A DNA stretch of 50,677 nucleotides from a bacterium (GTDB taxonomy: Bacteria; Zhuqueibacterota; Zhuqueibacteria; Oceanimicrobiales; Oceanimicrobiaceae), in the NCBI GenBank assembly GCA_046757025.1, contig JBHHXN010000018.1:1-50677 (forward strand). The letters are read 5' to 3'. The notes beneath the pieces were generated by a model. It saw only the letters and a list, made by a program, of their open reading frames with translations, did not search any database and was not told the DNA's origin. Position 1 is the stretch's first letter. The number at the start of each line of letters is the position of its first letter. This document shows, piece by piece, positions 27,634 through 36,779 of this stretch. The translations under genes and the position numbers were made by a program.

Positions 27634-29928
27634 ATGCTTTCCCAAATGATGATTTCAATATTTTTTATCATGAATGTTGGTTTTTGTTTTGCGCAAATTT
27701 CTCACATCAAAGAAAGCAATGGCGCGGTTGATTTTCAACCGAACATTCAACCTACCCTTGAAATTTTGCGAGTTGCGGGGAAAATCACCATCGACGGTGA
27801 ACTTAACGATCGCGGCTGGAACGGAGCCGCCACCGCCAGTAATTTCTCGGAAACCTATCCGGATGAAAAAGCCAAGCCTTCGGTACACACCGAAGTCCTG
27901 GTGACATACGACGATGCGCATCTTTACCTGGCTTTTAAAGTGGAAGACGACCCCAGCAAAATTCGTACTTCCATGCGCGATCGCGACGAAATGTGGTCGG
28001 ATGACTATGTGGGGATTTTGCTCGACACCTACGGGGACGCGTCCTGGGCTTATTTTCTCTTTGCCAATCCGCTGGGTATTCAGGGTGACTCGCGGTTTTC
28101 TTCCACTGGCGGTGAAGACGACAGTTTCAACATTGTTTACTATTCAAAAGGCCAAATCACCAGCAGCGGATATCAGGTTGAAATGGCCATCCCGTTCCGC
28201 AGCTTGCGTTTTCCCGACCGCGATGAACAAAACTGGCGTGCAACTTTTTGGATCACCCATCCCCGAGACAGTCGCCGCACGTACTCCTGGGCCGCCATCG
28301 ACCGCGACGAGCCCTGCTTTTTGTGCCAGTACGGCACCTTGAAAGGGCTCAAAGGCATCAAGTCTGGAAAAAACATTGAATTTCTACCGTCGGTGGTGAG
28401 CTCACAATTTGGATCTCTAAATGACAGCGAAAATCCCACGGCCGGCTTTAATAACGAGGGATTGGAAGGCGATCTGGCACTGGGATTAAAATACAACTTC
28501 ACCTCAAACCTGACGGCGGATTTGGCGTTTAATCCGGATTTTAGTCAGGTGGAAGCCGATGTCGCGCAGATCGATGTCAACAGCACGTTTGCACTTTTCT
28601 TCCCGGAACGGCGGCCGTTTTACCAGGAAGGCAGCGATCTATTTCGAACGTTTATTCGCGCAGTTTACACGCGCTCCATGAACAACCCCATCGTGGCGGC
28701 TAAATTGACTGGCCGCTTTAACCGTACCAGCGTAGCATACATGGGAGCCGTGGATGAAAGTACTCCGATTATTTTACCGTTTGAAGAACAAAGCGCCATT
28801 TTGAGCACGGACACCAGAAGCACCACCAACATTTTCAGATTTAAGCAAACTTTTCTGGAAGATTCCTACGTGGGCGCTTTGTTGACTGACCGAAGGTTAA
28901 GTGGCGGGGGCTCTGGAACCGTTGTGGGAATCGACGGCACGGTGCGTTTTTTAAAGAACTACCGCTTTGAATGGCAGTACGTGGCCAGTCACACCGAAGA
29001 GCCGAGTGATTCTACTTTGTCGCTGGAAATCGAAGAGCAGCTCGGCGAGCAGTTCCAGTTTAATAAAGACCGCCATACCGGCGCTTTCGATGGCGAATCG
29101 TTCTGGGGAAACGCCTTGTACGCCAGTGTGGAGCGCGATGCCCGAACCTGGAACTTCGATGTGGATTACTGGCAGTGGAGCCCGACCTTTCGCGCTGATA
29201 ACGGCTTTGTCACCGGCAACGATCGCCGGCAGGCCCTGGTGTGGACCGGGCTAAACTTCTGGCCAAAATCCAAATTTCTCGACCGCATTTCGCCCAATGT
29301 CAATTATGGCCGGATATGGAATTACAACGGAGTAAGAAAAGACGAATGGGTGCAATCGTCCATCAACGCAAATTTGAAAGCCCAGACTTTTCTCTGGATA
29401 AGTTATGTTTTTTCCACGGAGCGGTTTGCAGATATGGACTTCTCAGGAATCAGGCGGCTTATGATGAACGTGAACTCAAACTTCAGCGATCCCATCCGAG
29501 TAGGTTTCTTTTTTGCCCGCGGTCGCTCTATTTACCGAGACTTTGACGATCCGCAACTGGGAATCAGCACCAACTTCGATATCTGGGCCACCATCAAACC
29601 GACACAGAGATGGATCATTCAACCGTCGTTTAATTTTTCAAAGCTTCGACCAATGGGTGGAGGAGAAAATTTTTTCAGCGGGTACATTTTCCGAACACGC
29701 CTCAATTATCAGTTCAACCGTCAATTGTTTTTCAGACTGGTTGTGCAGTACAACGACTTCAGTAAAAAGCTCGAGTTCGACCCGCTGCTGACTTACCGGA
29801 TCAACGCGTTTACCGCGTTCTTCATCGGTTCCACGCTGGACTACCGCAGCAATTTTGATCAGGTATCCGGTTACAAGCTGTCATCCCGACAGTTTTTTAT
29901 GAAATTTCAGTATCTGTATCAGTTATAA
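27634..29928 (+). CDS. Second DUF5916 / CBM9-like outer-membrane protein
   Basis: IDGELND..W, YDDAHLYLA, VEMAIPFRSLRF, FNPDFSQVEAD, FFPERRPFY, terminal FMKFQYL; possible ECF promoter AAC-N16-CGT at 27509-27530. Confidence 0.85.
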   Translation: MLSQMMISIFFIMNVGFCFAQISHIKESNGAVDFQPNIQPTLEILRVAGKITIDGELNDRGWNGAATASNFSETYPDEKAKPSVHTEVLVTYDDAHLYLAFKVEDDPSKIRTSMRDRDEMWSDDYVGILLDTYGDASWAYFLFANPLGIQGDSRFSSTGGEDDSFNIVYYSKGQITSSGYQVEMAIPFRSLRFPDRDEQNWRATFWITHPRDSRRTYSWAAIDRDEPCFLCQYGTLKGLKGIKSGKNIEFLPSVVSSQFGSLNDSENPTAGFNNEGLEGDLALGLKYNFTSNLTADLAFNPDFSQVEADVAQIDVNSTFALFFPERRPFYQEGSDLFRTFIRAVYTRSMNNPIVAAKLTGRFNRTSVAYMGAVDESTPIILPFEEQSAILSTDTRSTTNIFRFKQTFLEDSYVGALLTDRRLSGGGSGTVVGIDGTVRFLKNYRFEWQYVASHTEEPSDSTLSLEIEEQLGEQFQFNKDRHTGAFDGESFWGNALYASVERDARTWNFDVDYWQWSPTFRADNGFVTGNDRRQALVWTGLNFWPKSKFLDRISPNVNYGRIWNYNGVRKDEWVQSSINANLKAQTFLWISYVFSTERFADMDFSGIRRLMMNVNSNFSDPIRVGFFFARGRSIYRDFDDPQLGISTNFDIWATIKPTQRWIIQPSFNFSKLRPMGGGENFFSGYIFRTRLNYQFNRQLFFRLVVQYNDFSKKLEFDPLLTYRINAFTAFFIGSTLDYRSNFDQVSGYKLSSRQFFMKFQYLYQL

Positions 29929-30008
29929 TTTCAAACAAAAGCGGTTTTAAGTGGGAATTAAATCGTGGACTGAATAATTGTTGGTGGAGTAAGTGGTGTA
30001 AAAAATTA

Positions 30009-30039
30009 AACCTTCCAGGTCTCTGAGACCTGGAAGGTT
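30009..30039. repeat. Perfect palindrome (REP-like, possible bidirectional terminator)
   Basis: AACCTTCCAGGTCTC-T-GAGACCTGGAAGGTT between convergent genes. Confidence 0.7.
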
Positions 30040-30065
30040 ATGTTAACTTGGAAGGGTTTCTATTT

Positions 30066-30461
30066 CTATTCTTTATACAACAAAGCCGCTACCGCGCCAA
30101 ACACCATCCAACCGATAAGAATGATGCCGCCCCAGCACCAGCTCAGATAATAAGGGAATTCGTTGATTACAAGTGGATTATAAAATTGCGCAAAAAATCC
30201 TATCAAACCAACCCAGAATCCAAAATTTACCCCGCCTTTAATACCTGCGCCCCAGGATGCGCGACTCTTTGCAAACAACATCGCACCCGCTATTCCAACG
30301 ACGATGGCCACAACAGAAAACCAGATGGGATTTGCATCTTGTCTGAAAACCGCAAGGCCATCATAAGTTGCACCCATAATCATTTCGTGCATAATGAAAT
30401 TATACACACTGACGGCAAGCCCACCAACGACCCCAGCAATTAACGCCTTGGTCCAATTCAT
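30066..30461 (-). CDS. Small four-TM membrane protein (DUF1761-like)
   Basis: Four hydrophobic segments; GGAGGG RBS; upstream promoter. Confidence 0.75.
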   Translation of the reverse strand: MNWTKALIAGVVGGLAVSVYNFIMHEMIMGATYDGLAVFRQDANPIWFSVVAIVVGIAGAMLFAKSRASWGAGIKGGVNFGFWVGLIGFFAQFYNPLVINEFPYYLSWCWGGIILIGWMVFGAVAALLYKE

Positions 30462-30553
30462 AACTCCCTCCTACTGATTAGTGAAAAGGTGATAAATTAA
30501 TTGTTGCTATTCTTGAAATTTTGGTTGGCAGGTAAATTTCTTTCAAACACTAC

Positions 30554-30582
30554 AATATAACTTTACAAAATCAAGTTGTCAA
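30554..30582 (-). promoter_or_regulatory. Near-consensus sigma70 promoter
   Basis: Minus strand TTGACA-17 nt-TATATT upstream of the ATG at 30461. Confidence 0.65.
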
Positions 30583-30884
30583 CTAAAATGTTGAATTAGA
30601 GATCAGCTGCTGACGGGAAAGGGCACCCGTGGCCAATTCTGTTAAGCGCATTTTTTGCACATAGCATTTTCAAATTCTGCACATAGAAATTACATCGCGA
30701 ATTTCCACTCTAAAATTTGAATTGCACTAAGTTCTTAATTAATAGAAAATTAAATTTTCCTGAAAATACATGGTATGATTCTTGACTCTTACCGTCGAAA
30801 CTGAAAGCAGAGGCAACAAAAATCCAACACATAAAAAGTGATTCGGAAATTGACAAACCACCAAAGAAAACATCCATTTGAAAT

Positions 30885-32504
30885 ATGATATCCACGCCAA
30901 AAATAGTCAATCAAGCAGCCAACCCGCTGTGTTCTGGAAAAGCGGTCACCGTACAAAAGGCCGCAGTGGCCAGCGCGTTCCCGGAGGCCACTCATGCCGC
31001 AATGGAAATTTTAGCCGCAGGCGGCAACGCCATCGATGCGGCGGTGGCTGCCGCCTGGGCGCTGTCGGTCTGCGAACCCGCTGGTTCGGGATTGGGCGGA
31101 CAGACCAGTTTGCTGCTGCAGTTAAGTCAAGGTGAAATTGTGTATCTGGACGGCCATTCACAAGCTCCGGCCGGCGTGTCCTTGAAAAGTGTTCGCCGCC
31201 GGCAGCAGCAGTTTGGATTCCGGAGCTGCACTATTCCTTCCACACCGGTGACGCTGGCGAAAGCTCAGGCGCGTTACGGCACATTGTCGCTGGACACGGT
31301 TTTGCAGCCCGCCATTCGTCTGGCCCACGACGGATTCAAAATCACCGAATTGCAACGAAGACAAGTCGGCTGGGGATTGAATAACTTAAAACTCGAATGT
31401 GGTAAAACCCGCCTGCTAAGCCGGCGGCGCTGGCTAAAAGCGCCCTCCGGAATATTCAAACAACCCAGGCTGGCAAAAACGCTCGAACGGATCGTCCTGC
31501 ACGGCTGCAAAGATTTTTATCAGGGAGAACTGGCCGAACAAATTGCCCTGGACATGAAAGCCCATGGTGGTCTGATCACCAAAACCGACTTAAACTCGTT
31601 CAATCTACCCGTTCAGAGACGTCCCATTTCAATTCAGTACCGGGGATTCGAAGTGCTGACCACACCCCCACCGGGTGGCGGCTTGCAATTACTTTTAGCC
31701 TTAAAGTTGTTAGACCGACTTTTGGACCGTTCCCAAAAAATCAGCGATGCGGAATGGTACGAGTCGGTGGCATTAGCGGTTTATGCGGCCTTTGTCGAAA
31801 GAGAGAAATTTCCCATTCATCCCGATGATTTTACCTATTCGATTCGGGAATGGGCTTTAAGCGACAACCGCAGTGACGAGCTGGCTTTACAGCTCAAACT
31901 TCAGCAAAGTGTGAAGGCCATGGAAAAGGGCGATGAAGAGGTGGGTGAAACCACCCATTTGTGTGTGGCAGATGAGCAGGGTAACGTGGCGGCGCTCACA
32001 CAATCGATTCAATCGCTATTTGGTGCGCTGGTGGTAAATCGTCCGCTCGGTTTTCTTTACAACAACTATCTGTCCACCTGTCCGCGCTATCGCCACCCCT
32101 ATCAGCTTGCCAGCAAATGTTTACCGCGCAGTAATGCCGCCCCGACCTTTTTGTTGAAAGACGGCCAGGTGGTTTTAGCGCTGGGGGCGGCCGGCAGCCG
32201 CCGGATTATTTCATCGATTTTGCAGATCATTTCACAAATTGTCGATCACGGCAAATCGGTTGCAGAAGCCATAACCGCGCCGCGTGTACATGCTCCATTA
32301 AACGGCAAAGTCTGGATTGAAAAACCCGCTGCAACGGCTGCTAATATACAAAATTTGAAGTCCCATTTTAACAAAGTAGTAATTCGTTCTAAACACAGTT
32401 TTGCCATGGCTGGAGCGCAAGCCCTGGCCATTGGGCAGGACGCCGATCAAATTAAAACAGCCGCAGCGGACCCCCGCCGAGATGGGATGGCCGGAGGATT
32501 CTAA
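30885..32504 (+). CDS. Gamma-glutamyltransferase (Ntn-hydrolase) family protein, no signal peptide
   Basis: GGNAIDAAVAAAWALSVCEPAGSGLGG, FYQGELAEQI, PPPGGG, ETTHLCVADEQGN (Thr nucleophile), APRVH, DPRRDG. Confidence 0.9.
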   Translation: MISTPKIVNQAANPLCSGKAVTVQKAAVASAFPEATHAAMEILAAGGNAIDAAVAAAWALSVCEPAGSGLGGQTSLLLQLSQGEIVYLDGHSQAPAGVSLKSVRRRQQQFGFRSCTIPSTPVTLAKAQARYGTLSLDTVLQPAIRLAHDGFKITELQRRQVGWGLNNLKLECGKTRLLSRRRWLKAPSGIFKQPRLAKTLERIVLHGCKDFYQGELAEQIALDMKAHGGLITKTDLNSFNLPVQRRPISIQYRGFEVLTTPPPGGGLQLLLALKLLDRLLDRSQKISDAEWYESVALAVYAAFVEREKFPIHPDDFTYSIREWALSDNRSDELALQLKLQQSVKAMEKGDEEVGETTHLCVADEQGNVAALTQSIQSLFGALVVNRPLGFLYNNYLSTCPRYRHPYQLASKCLPRSNAAPTFLLKDGQVVLALGAAGSRRIISSILQIISQIVDHGKSVAEAITAPRVHAPLNGKVWIEKPAATAANIQNLKSHFNKVVIRSKHSFAMAGAQALAIGQDADQIKTAAADPRRDGMAGGF

Positions 32505-32538
32505 ATTGCAAAAAAATAAATCAAAAAAAAACAACACC

Positions 32539-33402
32539 ATGATCGTCAATAAAAACGGAAAATTACAACAGATCAAACCCCTTTCGAAGGCAAGGGTTCA
32601 TTGGTATTTATCATTTCTTTTTATTTTACCCGGAATTATCCTCATCGCAAAACTGCTGCCCTGGCCTCTGGCTCAAAAATTTACGCTGGCATTCACGTTG
32701 ACTGATTTACCGTCTGAAATGCTTTCGCACGTGCAGCGCTTAATGATGCTGTCTTTCGGAGCGGTGGTAGTGGTAATTTTCCGACTGACGCTGGGCGTGC
32801 GGGTGCTCGGCCCGGTCCGCCCCATTCTCATTGCGTTAGCCTTTCAATATACCGGATTTACAATCGGTACGATGTTTCTGGTTGCGGTTATGGTCGTCAT
32901 CGCCGCAATTCGTCCTCTGCTTAGGTCTGCCGGCTTGCCCTATTTTGGCCGCATCGCCATGGTTTTGAGTCTGGTGTCGTTCATGGTATTAGTGACTTTG
33001 AAAGTCGGAATGTCAATGGGCCTGAATTCGTTCCTCAAAGTCGGCTTGCTGCCGGTAGTGGTGTTGACCTTTGCAGCCGAAGGATTTGCCAAAACGTTGA
33101 ATAACGAAGGCGTCCAATCCGCAAGCTGGCGCGCCTTGATGACCATCCTGGTTGCGGTGGTCATCAATTCCCTGGCCGGCATTCCCGGTCTGAAAGCCAT
33201 GATCTTGCATTACCCGGAATTCATGCTCGTTCACCTCGGTCTCATCGTCGGCATCGTTGGCCATGCCAATTTTAAACTGCTGCACAAGCTGAATCCGGCG
33301 CCACGCGTGAAAAAGAGGAATCGAAAAAGTGCAAAAGTATTTACCAAAAAAGCGACCGTTAATTCAAAAGATTCAGTTTATCACCATCCCCATTTAATTT
33401 GA
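32539..33402 (+). CDS. 7TM membrane protein (7TM_transglut / CapC-like)
   Basis: R.TLGVRVLGPVRPILIALAF, LPYFGRIAMVL, LLPVVVLTFAAEGF....EG, YPE; about 8 hydrophobic segments; ATG 32539 preferred over 32401. Confidence 0.75.
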   Translation: MIVNKNGKLQQIKPLSKARVHWYLSFLFILPGIILIAKLLPWPLAQKFTLAFTLTDLPSEMLSHVQRLMMLSFGAVVVVIFRLTLGVRVLGPVRPILIALAFQYTGFTIGTMFLVAVMVVIAAIRPLLRSAGLPYFGRIAMVLSLVSFMVLVTLKVGMSMGLNSFLKVGLLPVVVLTFAAEGFAKTLNNEGVQSASWRALMTILVAVVINSLAGIPGLKAMILHYPEFMLVHLGLIVGIVGHANFKLLHKLNPAPRVKKRNRKSAKVFTKKATVNSKDSVYHHPHLI

Positions 33403-33431
33403 AAAAAAATGTCCATCGGAGGTTGTTACAG

Positions 33432-34496
33432 ATGAAAATTGCCGTAGTCAGAAATCGAAAAAATGAAGGTATCATCAACAGATTTGGACGAGTTAGTCCG
33501 GAAACCTATGGTCGAAAATCCGTCCAGCGGATAATGGACGCGTTACGTGCTTGCGGTCATGAAATCAAAGTTCTGGAAGGAGATACTTCCTTGTTTGCGA
33601 AGCTGAAAAAATTCATTCCATTGGACGACCAGGGTCGGCCTACGGGGCTGGTTTTCAACATGGCTTACGGAATTCAGGGCAACTGTCGCTACACGCACGT
33701 TCCCGGCATGCTGGAGATGGCTGGCGTGCCGTATACCGGCGCCAATCCGCTTGGGCACTCGCTGGCTCTGGACAAAGTGGTCACCAAAATGATCCTTCAA
33801 AGCGCTGGCATTCCCACACCCAAAATGTGTGTCTTGTCGAGAGCCGACGATGAATTCCAAAGCGATTTTCACTTTCCGCTGGTCGTAAAACCGCGTCACG
33901 AATCGACCAGTTGTGGTTTGCATCTGGTGCATAATCGCCAGGAGTTAATCACTGCCGTACTTTCGGTGACCGCACAGTACCAGCAAGACGCCCTGGTGGA
34001 AGAATTTATTCCGGGCCGAGAGCTGTGCATCAGTGTGATGGGAAACGAACGTCCTGAGGTGCTGCCATTCGTCGAATTGGACTTCAACGGCCGCGATAAT
34101 GCCATGCTCACCCGCGATGACAAATTTCATCGCACAATGGACGAACCCGAGAAAATATGCCCTGTGAATATCGAGCCCAGACTGGCTGAACGCATCAAAG
34201 ATATCGTGCTCAACACTTTTCGTGTGTGCCAATGCAAAGATTATAGCCGCGTGGATTTACGTATCGATCCATTTGGTAATCCTTATGTGCTGGAAATCAA
34301 CTCCATGGCGTCGCTGGGTCAGGGCGGCACGTTTGTGCTGGCGGCCCGGAATGCGGGTTACACTTTTGAGTCGTTGATCAATGAAATCGTCAAAGTCGCC
34401 TGGACGCGATACGGATTCACCTTTGAAGAAAGATCTCAACCCGTCATCAAACCTGAATCGATAAGCATTGAACGTAAAATGCATCTGGCGGCCTGA
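33432..34496 (+). CDS. D-Ala-D-Ala-ligase-like ATP-grasp amide ligase (non-canonical)
   Basis: VFNMAYG, LEMAGVPYTG, LALDK, VVKPRHESTS.G, LVEEFIPGRE, SRVDLR, VLEINS; lacks GGxSxEH; ATG 33432 after GGAGG. Confidence 0.85.
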   Translation: MKIAVVRNRKNEGIINRFGRVSPETYGRKSVQRIMDALRACGHEIKVLEGDTSLFAKLKKFIPLDDQGRPTGLVFNMAYGIQGNCRYTHVPGMLEMAGVPYTGANPLGHSLALDKVVTKMILQSAGIPTPKMCVLSRADDEFQSDFHFPLVVKPRHESTSCGLHLVHNRQELITAVLSVTAQYQQDALVEEFIPGRELCISVMGNERPEVLPFVELDFNGRDNAMLTRDDKFHRTMDEPEKICPVNIEPRLAERIKDIVLNTFRVCQCKDYSRVDLRIDPFGNPYVLEINSMASLGQGGTFVLAARNAGYTFESLINEIVKVAWTRYGFTFEERSQPVIKPESISIERKMHLAA

Positions 34497-34504
34497 TGAT
34501 ATAT

Positions 34505-34546
34505 TTTTCATAGTGAGTCCCGAATAAAATTCAGGAAACCATGAAA
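34505..34546. repeat. Dispersed hairpin repeat (inverted copy of 6448-6489)
   Basis: 35/42 identity by manual alignment to the reverse complement of 6448-6489. Confidence 0.65.
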
Positions 34547-34615
34547 ACTCTTTAATAATCAATCAAAATAGATTTTCAACTCATCCTTCACACGAGTAGA
34601 TATGAGGTAAAACAA

Positions 34616-36364
34616 ATGTCCACCATTTCAAAAAAGACTAGCAGCTTTCTGGTTAAAATAAGTATCTATTTATTCATCATTTTATGTGGTACAGCGATGG
34701 CCGGCTCAAACAACCGTTTCTGGGTCAAAGCTCAGGGTAATCTTGAAAAAAGCGGCGTCATCAAAGTAAGAAGTATCAAAAAAGCGATGCCCGGTAAGAT
34801 AGTTATTTTCGAGGGGATCATCCAATCGATGCAATCGGAACGGGCCGGATTCGTTCTGGCCGGCATCGAGGTGATCGTTTCAGATGAAACCCACTACTTT
34901 TACATGAGCGGTAAACCGGCTGCGCACCCTGCTGTCAAAAAAAACGTCCGTGTGAAAGTGCTCGGTCAGTTTGAGAAAGAAAAATTCAAAGCACAAGAAA
35001 TCCGCATTTTTCAGTATTCAAAAGATCGGGATGTTGAAATCGCCGGTCCCCTGCGGATCACAAAAAATCCAAAAAATGACCGTCCAACTTACCACGTGGG
35101 GTCCGTCATTTTGCAGCTAAACAAAAAATATGCCGGGCAAATTTCATCGAAGACCCTGACCCCGCTTAACAGTAAATTGCCGGATTTGACCAAAACTCAT
35201 TCGGAAAAAATGATCCTTGACGGCAAGTTTAAGTTTTCTGACAACACACGCGCTACCGATTTACCGGAAGAAGAGCTGAGCGGGGCCAGCCGGCGCTACT
35301 TAAAATTACAAACCACCATGCGCACAAACCTTTCGAGACTCATTCAAGCTTATGCTCGCGTGGAAATTTACTGGCGAGACGGTCTCAACCCAACCATTCC
35401 GGCCGCCAACACCACACAGGGCTTTAAGTTTCGTGTACGCGATCTTTATTTATCGTTACACGATCTGGCCGGCTTGCAGGGTTTGCAATTTAAAATTGGC
35501 CGCCAACGCTTCCGGGATATTCGCACCTGGTTGATGGACCGCCGGCTCGATGCAGTGCAGCTAAATTACCACCGAAGCGGATTACGAATTAGTGCAGCCG
35601 TGAGCCGTTCCTTGACTCAAAATGACACGCACAGCAGCCAATTACATTTCATCGGTAGCGCTTATTACCGAATCAGTCGCTCATTCAAAACGTATTTTTA
35701 CGCCATCAAGGAAATCGACCAGCGGGTTGGTCGGCATAACCCATTGTGGCTGGCTGTTCAAACCCGCGGTAAAATTGCCCGATCTCTGGAGTGGTGGACA
35801 CAAGCCGCCAAATATACCAGTCGGGATGCAAATGTGCAAATCGAAGGCTATGGTTTTGACTGCGGCGTTATCGTCCGGCCATTGGCCCGGCTTACAGGAC
35901 CGTTTCTGTCCTACCATTTTGCTTACGGCTCTGCAGACGATGAAAACACCGAAGGGGTGGATGAACGATTCCGACAACCGCGTCTGCAATTGAATTACTA
36001 TAAATACGGTAATCAGAAACGGTTGTATTATTATGGCGGTTTGCTTTCACCGGAACTGTCAAATTTGAAATTCCATGCGATTAGTTTGGGTTATGTTTTT
36101 TCAAAACAAATTACCGTTCAGACTATCTGGCGCCAATATCGACAGGTAAAAGCTTCAACACGGGTACTGAGCAACAGTTTAGGAATCTCGCCTGCTGGCG
36201 TGCACACTAACTTAGGTACCAGTGCCGAGATGGTGGTGCACAGCAGGCCGTGGAAATCGCTGGAACTGGCCATTTCAGCCGAATGGTTTTTACCGGGTAC
36301 AGCATTCACCACTCAAGGCAAAAACCTCTTCGGGTTGCGCAGTGAGCTGATGTTTTATTTTTAG
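34616..36364 (+). CDS. Alginate-export (AlgE-like) outer-membrane barrel with N-terminal DUF5666-like domains
   Basis: Signal peptide; EGIIQS...FVLAGIEVIVSDET...VKVLG...AQEI (DUF5666-like); GRQRFRD..WL.D..LDAV, AYGS.D, FRQP.LQ.N, YYGGLLSPELSNL; terminal Phe. Confidence 0.78.
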   Translation: MSTISKKTSSFLVKISIYLFIILCGTAMAGSNNRFWVKAQGNLEKSGVIKVRSIKKAMPGKIVIFEGIIQSMQSERAGFVLAGIEVIVSDETHYFYMSGKPAAHPAVKKNVRVKVLGQFEKEKFKAQEIRIFQYSKDRDVEIAGPLRITKNPKNDRPTYHVGSVILQLNKKYAGQISSKTLTPLNSKLPDLTKTHSEKMILDGKFKFSDNTRATDLPEEELSGASRRYLKLQTTMRTNLSRLIQAYARVEIYWRDGLNPTIPAANTTQGFKFRVRDLYLSLHDLAGLQGLQFKIGRQRFRDIRTWLMDRRLDAVQLNYHRSGLRISAAVSRSLTQNDTHSSQLHFIGSAYYRISRSFKTYFYAIKEIDQRVGRHNPLWLAVQTRGKIARSLEWWTQAAKYTSRDANVQIEGYGFDCGVIVRPLARLTGPFLSYHFAYGSADDENTEGVDERFRQPRLQLNYYKYGNQKRLYYYGGLLSPELSNLKFHAISLGYVFSKQITVQTIWRQYRQVKASTRVLSNSLGISPAGVHTNLGTSAEMVVHSRPWKSLELAISAEWFLPGTAFTTQGKNLFGLRSELMFYF

Positions 36365-36652
36365 CCAGATTTCAATCATGGACATTTCGTTAAACGAAAT
36401 TGAGCGATTCTTGACTGAAGGGGGTCGGTGTGCTCGAGTGAAGGGAAAAACACGCTTTCTCTGAAGCGTGAACACCCCTGATTCAGAACACCGGAACCCG
36501 TTGACAGGACCATTCAACACTAAATCTCTCATTTGAGAGTTAAAAAATAACACCCAATCTCATATCCATCTAAGCAGTTAAAGATAAATAACTTACGGTT
36601 TTTCTGGAGAGGATCGAAATTAATATCAAACATAAGGAAATGACGAAATCGC

Positions 36653-36680
36653 TTGAATAATTCCTGAAAAATGTTACATT
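36653..36680 (+). promoter_or_regulatory. Possible promoter of the KamA-family gene
   Basis: TTGAAT-16 nt-TACATT with extended -10 TG. Confidence 0.4.
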
Positions 36681-36779
36681 ATAGACAAGTATAATTTTCG
36701 GTATCGCGATAATGAGATAGTTAGAGCAGGATCAAGTTGAAAGTTTTAAGAAAAACATCGCCACAGAAAGGTAAACGGT

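Noticed and set aside
33432..34496. Housekeeping ddl
   Set aside because: Lacks GGxSxEH and NTxPG motifs and is not in a cell-wall gene context
36365..36779. Lysine riboswitch or SRP RNA upstream of the KamA-family gene
   Set aside because: No AGAGGxGC lysine-riboswitch start and no SRP GGAA-tetraloop/AGCAG motif; kept only as an unassigned hairpin
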